DNA of 64,000 nucleotides, taken from NCBI GenBank assembly GCA_965649765.1, contig OZ287758.1, positions 20,832,001 to 20,896,000 on the forward strand, written 5' to 3'. The stretch comes from Bispira polyomma. Its lineage: Eukaryota. Of this stretch, positions 62,531 to 64,000 are shown piece after piece; positions within the stretch are counted from its first letter, which is position 1; the number at the start of each line of letters is the position of its first letter. The notes under the pieces are model-generated. The model saw nothing but the letters and a program-made list of their open reading frames with translations. It did no database searches and was not told the DNA's origin. The position numbers were made by a program, and so were the translations under genes.

Positions 62531-64000
62531 ATAGCCTTGGTTATTTAATATGCAAAAGAATGGTACATATTCAATGCTCTAAAACGAAAATAATTCTACG
62601 ACTGTGACTAGGCTTGCTATCTGATGTAGACATTAAGCAATGTGGTCATGTAAAAATTGACAACATCTCCTTATTTCTATTCATACCTTGTGCTAAATAC
62701 TGGCATGCTTATCTCATACCACATATATATATATTCGGACTTACAACAGTAGCTATTACAACTATCATGAATAAGCATGATATGAATGTATAATGATGCC
62801 ACAGTAAAAGATATGTATGTGGACATCTCTACTCTCGTGACAGTTAATATCGACACACAATTTGTGTTTGCTGAGAAATACCTATGGGCAGACACCTTCT
62901 GACATGTATTTCTAGGTGAATAGAATTTAGGGAACAATCACATATAGATTATTTTACACACAAGCTTATATCGTATTATAAACGACAGGACTAATGTGAA
63001 ATGGCCTTAAAGTCAGAAACCCCACAGACAGAAGAGTAGGGAGGCGATGGTGTAGCTGTTTGCTATGCATTAGTTTAGAGTTCTCCATTGCTCAGGAGCT
63101 TTCCAGGAACTTGATTTACAACTCGACAAAGTAGAGCTCTCATAGCTTACAGAACCAACCAATCGTGAAGCCTCTATTTATCAACAGATTAATGACAAGG
63201 CTCACTATCGATTAATCGATTAATTATCCTCGGGGATTTTCTTCAGAAAGGGTGTTAAAAATACTTCAGGTATCTATGGCGATATAAAACAGGAGACGGA
63301 CATACACATTAATGTCTCTGTATACTGTAAGGATGGGGTCTGTATCAAGGCGTACTTTTTCTGGAAGAGGACAATATATTGGAACTGTATATTGGGTCTC
63401 CTGCAACTTTAAAGCCCTTATAAACATGCTAAACCTATGCAATCTGACCTTCAGTAATAGATTAATTTTGATAATTATATCTGTTGTCGTTATTTTAGTC
63501 ATTCTTAGTGATCTACTTTTTATAATTGACAAGATCATTGTTAGTTCTGCTGGCTTCAATGCCCGGTATTGAGATCTTTCCTTAGATACGTGCTAAGCTT
63601 ATTCCTTTGTGTTACCGTAAGAAAATCACATATCTGCAGGTTTTCATACTAAGGCAAGTATTTTGACAATACACATTTTGTTTTACTATAGCACTGTTAT
63701 GCGAATAAATACCATAATAAATTCAGTAAAATGATGCTATGTATGTCCATGTTAGTATAGTATATTGTATTATTATAAAATATGACTTAATTATTTACCA
63801 AAATACCAGCACTACTCATCCTAAAATTGGTTTGTAATTCACTCTCAGATCCATCTTATTTAGACACACAGCAGTATAATTTAATATGCAATTTAAAACT
63901 TTATCAGTAAATTACTGTTCAATGTTTTCGAACATCTACACCAGGACAATATATATTGGCATATTTGATGTATTCTGAGGCTGCAATCACCCTCAAGCTC

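Noticed and set aside
44500-63600. The many 60-105 aa ORFs in the track across this region
   Set aside because: No domain motifs, AT-driven composition and many non-ATG starts; consistent with chance ORFs in intronic or intergenic DNA.

Overview
AT-rich, intron-dominated eukaryotic genomic DNA, most likely from an invertebrate animal. Almost all short ORFs in the track are noise. (1) Two diverged, mutation-damaged copies of one tyrosine-recombinase (YR) retrotransposon family lie on the + strand (~6.1-11.5 kb and ~30.2-35.3 kb). They are DIRS order and Ngaro-like: gag, RT, RNase H, YR, with no methyltransferase domain seen. Comparing the copies shows conserved non-coding signals: an A_AAA_AAC slippery site plus hairpin at the gag/pol junction, a splice acceptor directly before the YR frame (in frame with donors in gag in copy 2), and a 3'-terminal multi-hairpin domain closed by a GC-rich stem. 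I could not find canonical ITRs or split direct repeats. (2) The 5' part of a host gene on the - strand is missed by the ORF track. Its signal-peptide exon, two frame-preserving micro-exons and alpha1-helix exon point to a Cys-loop ligand-gated ion channel subunit that continues past the left edge. (3) The rest comprises L2-type LINE fragments, tRNA-derived SINEs, several MITE/HINE-like elements, three minisatellites (two apparently born from TE ends) and an unexplained ~40-bp motif dispersed six times. All calls were made by eye, with no alignments or database searches.
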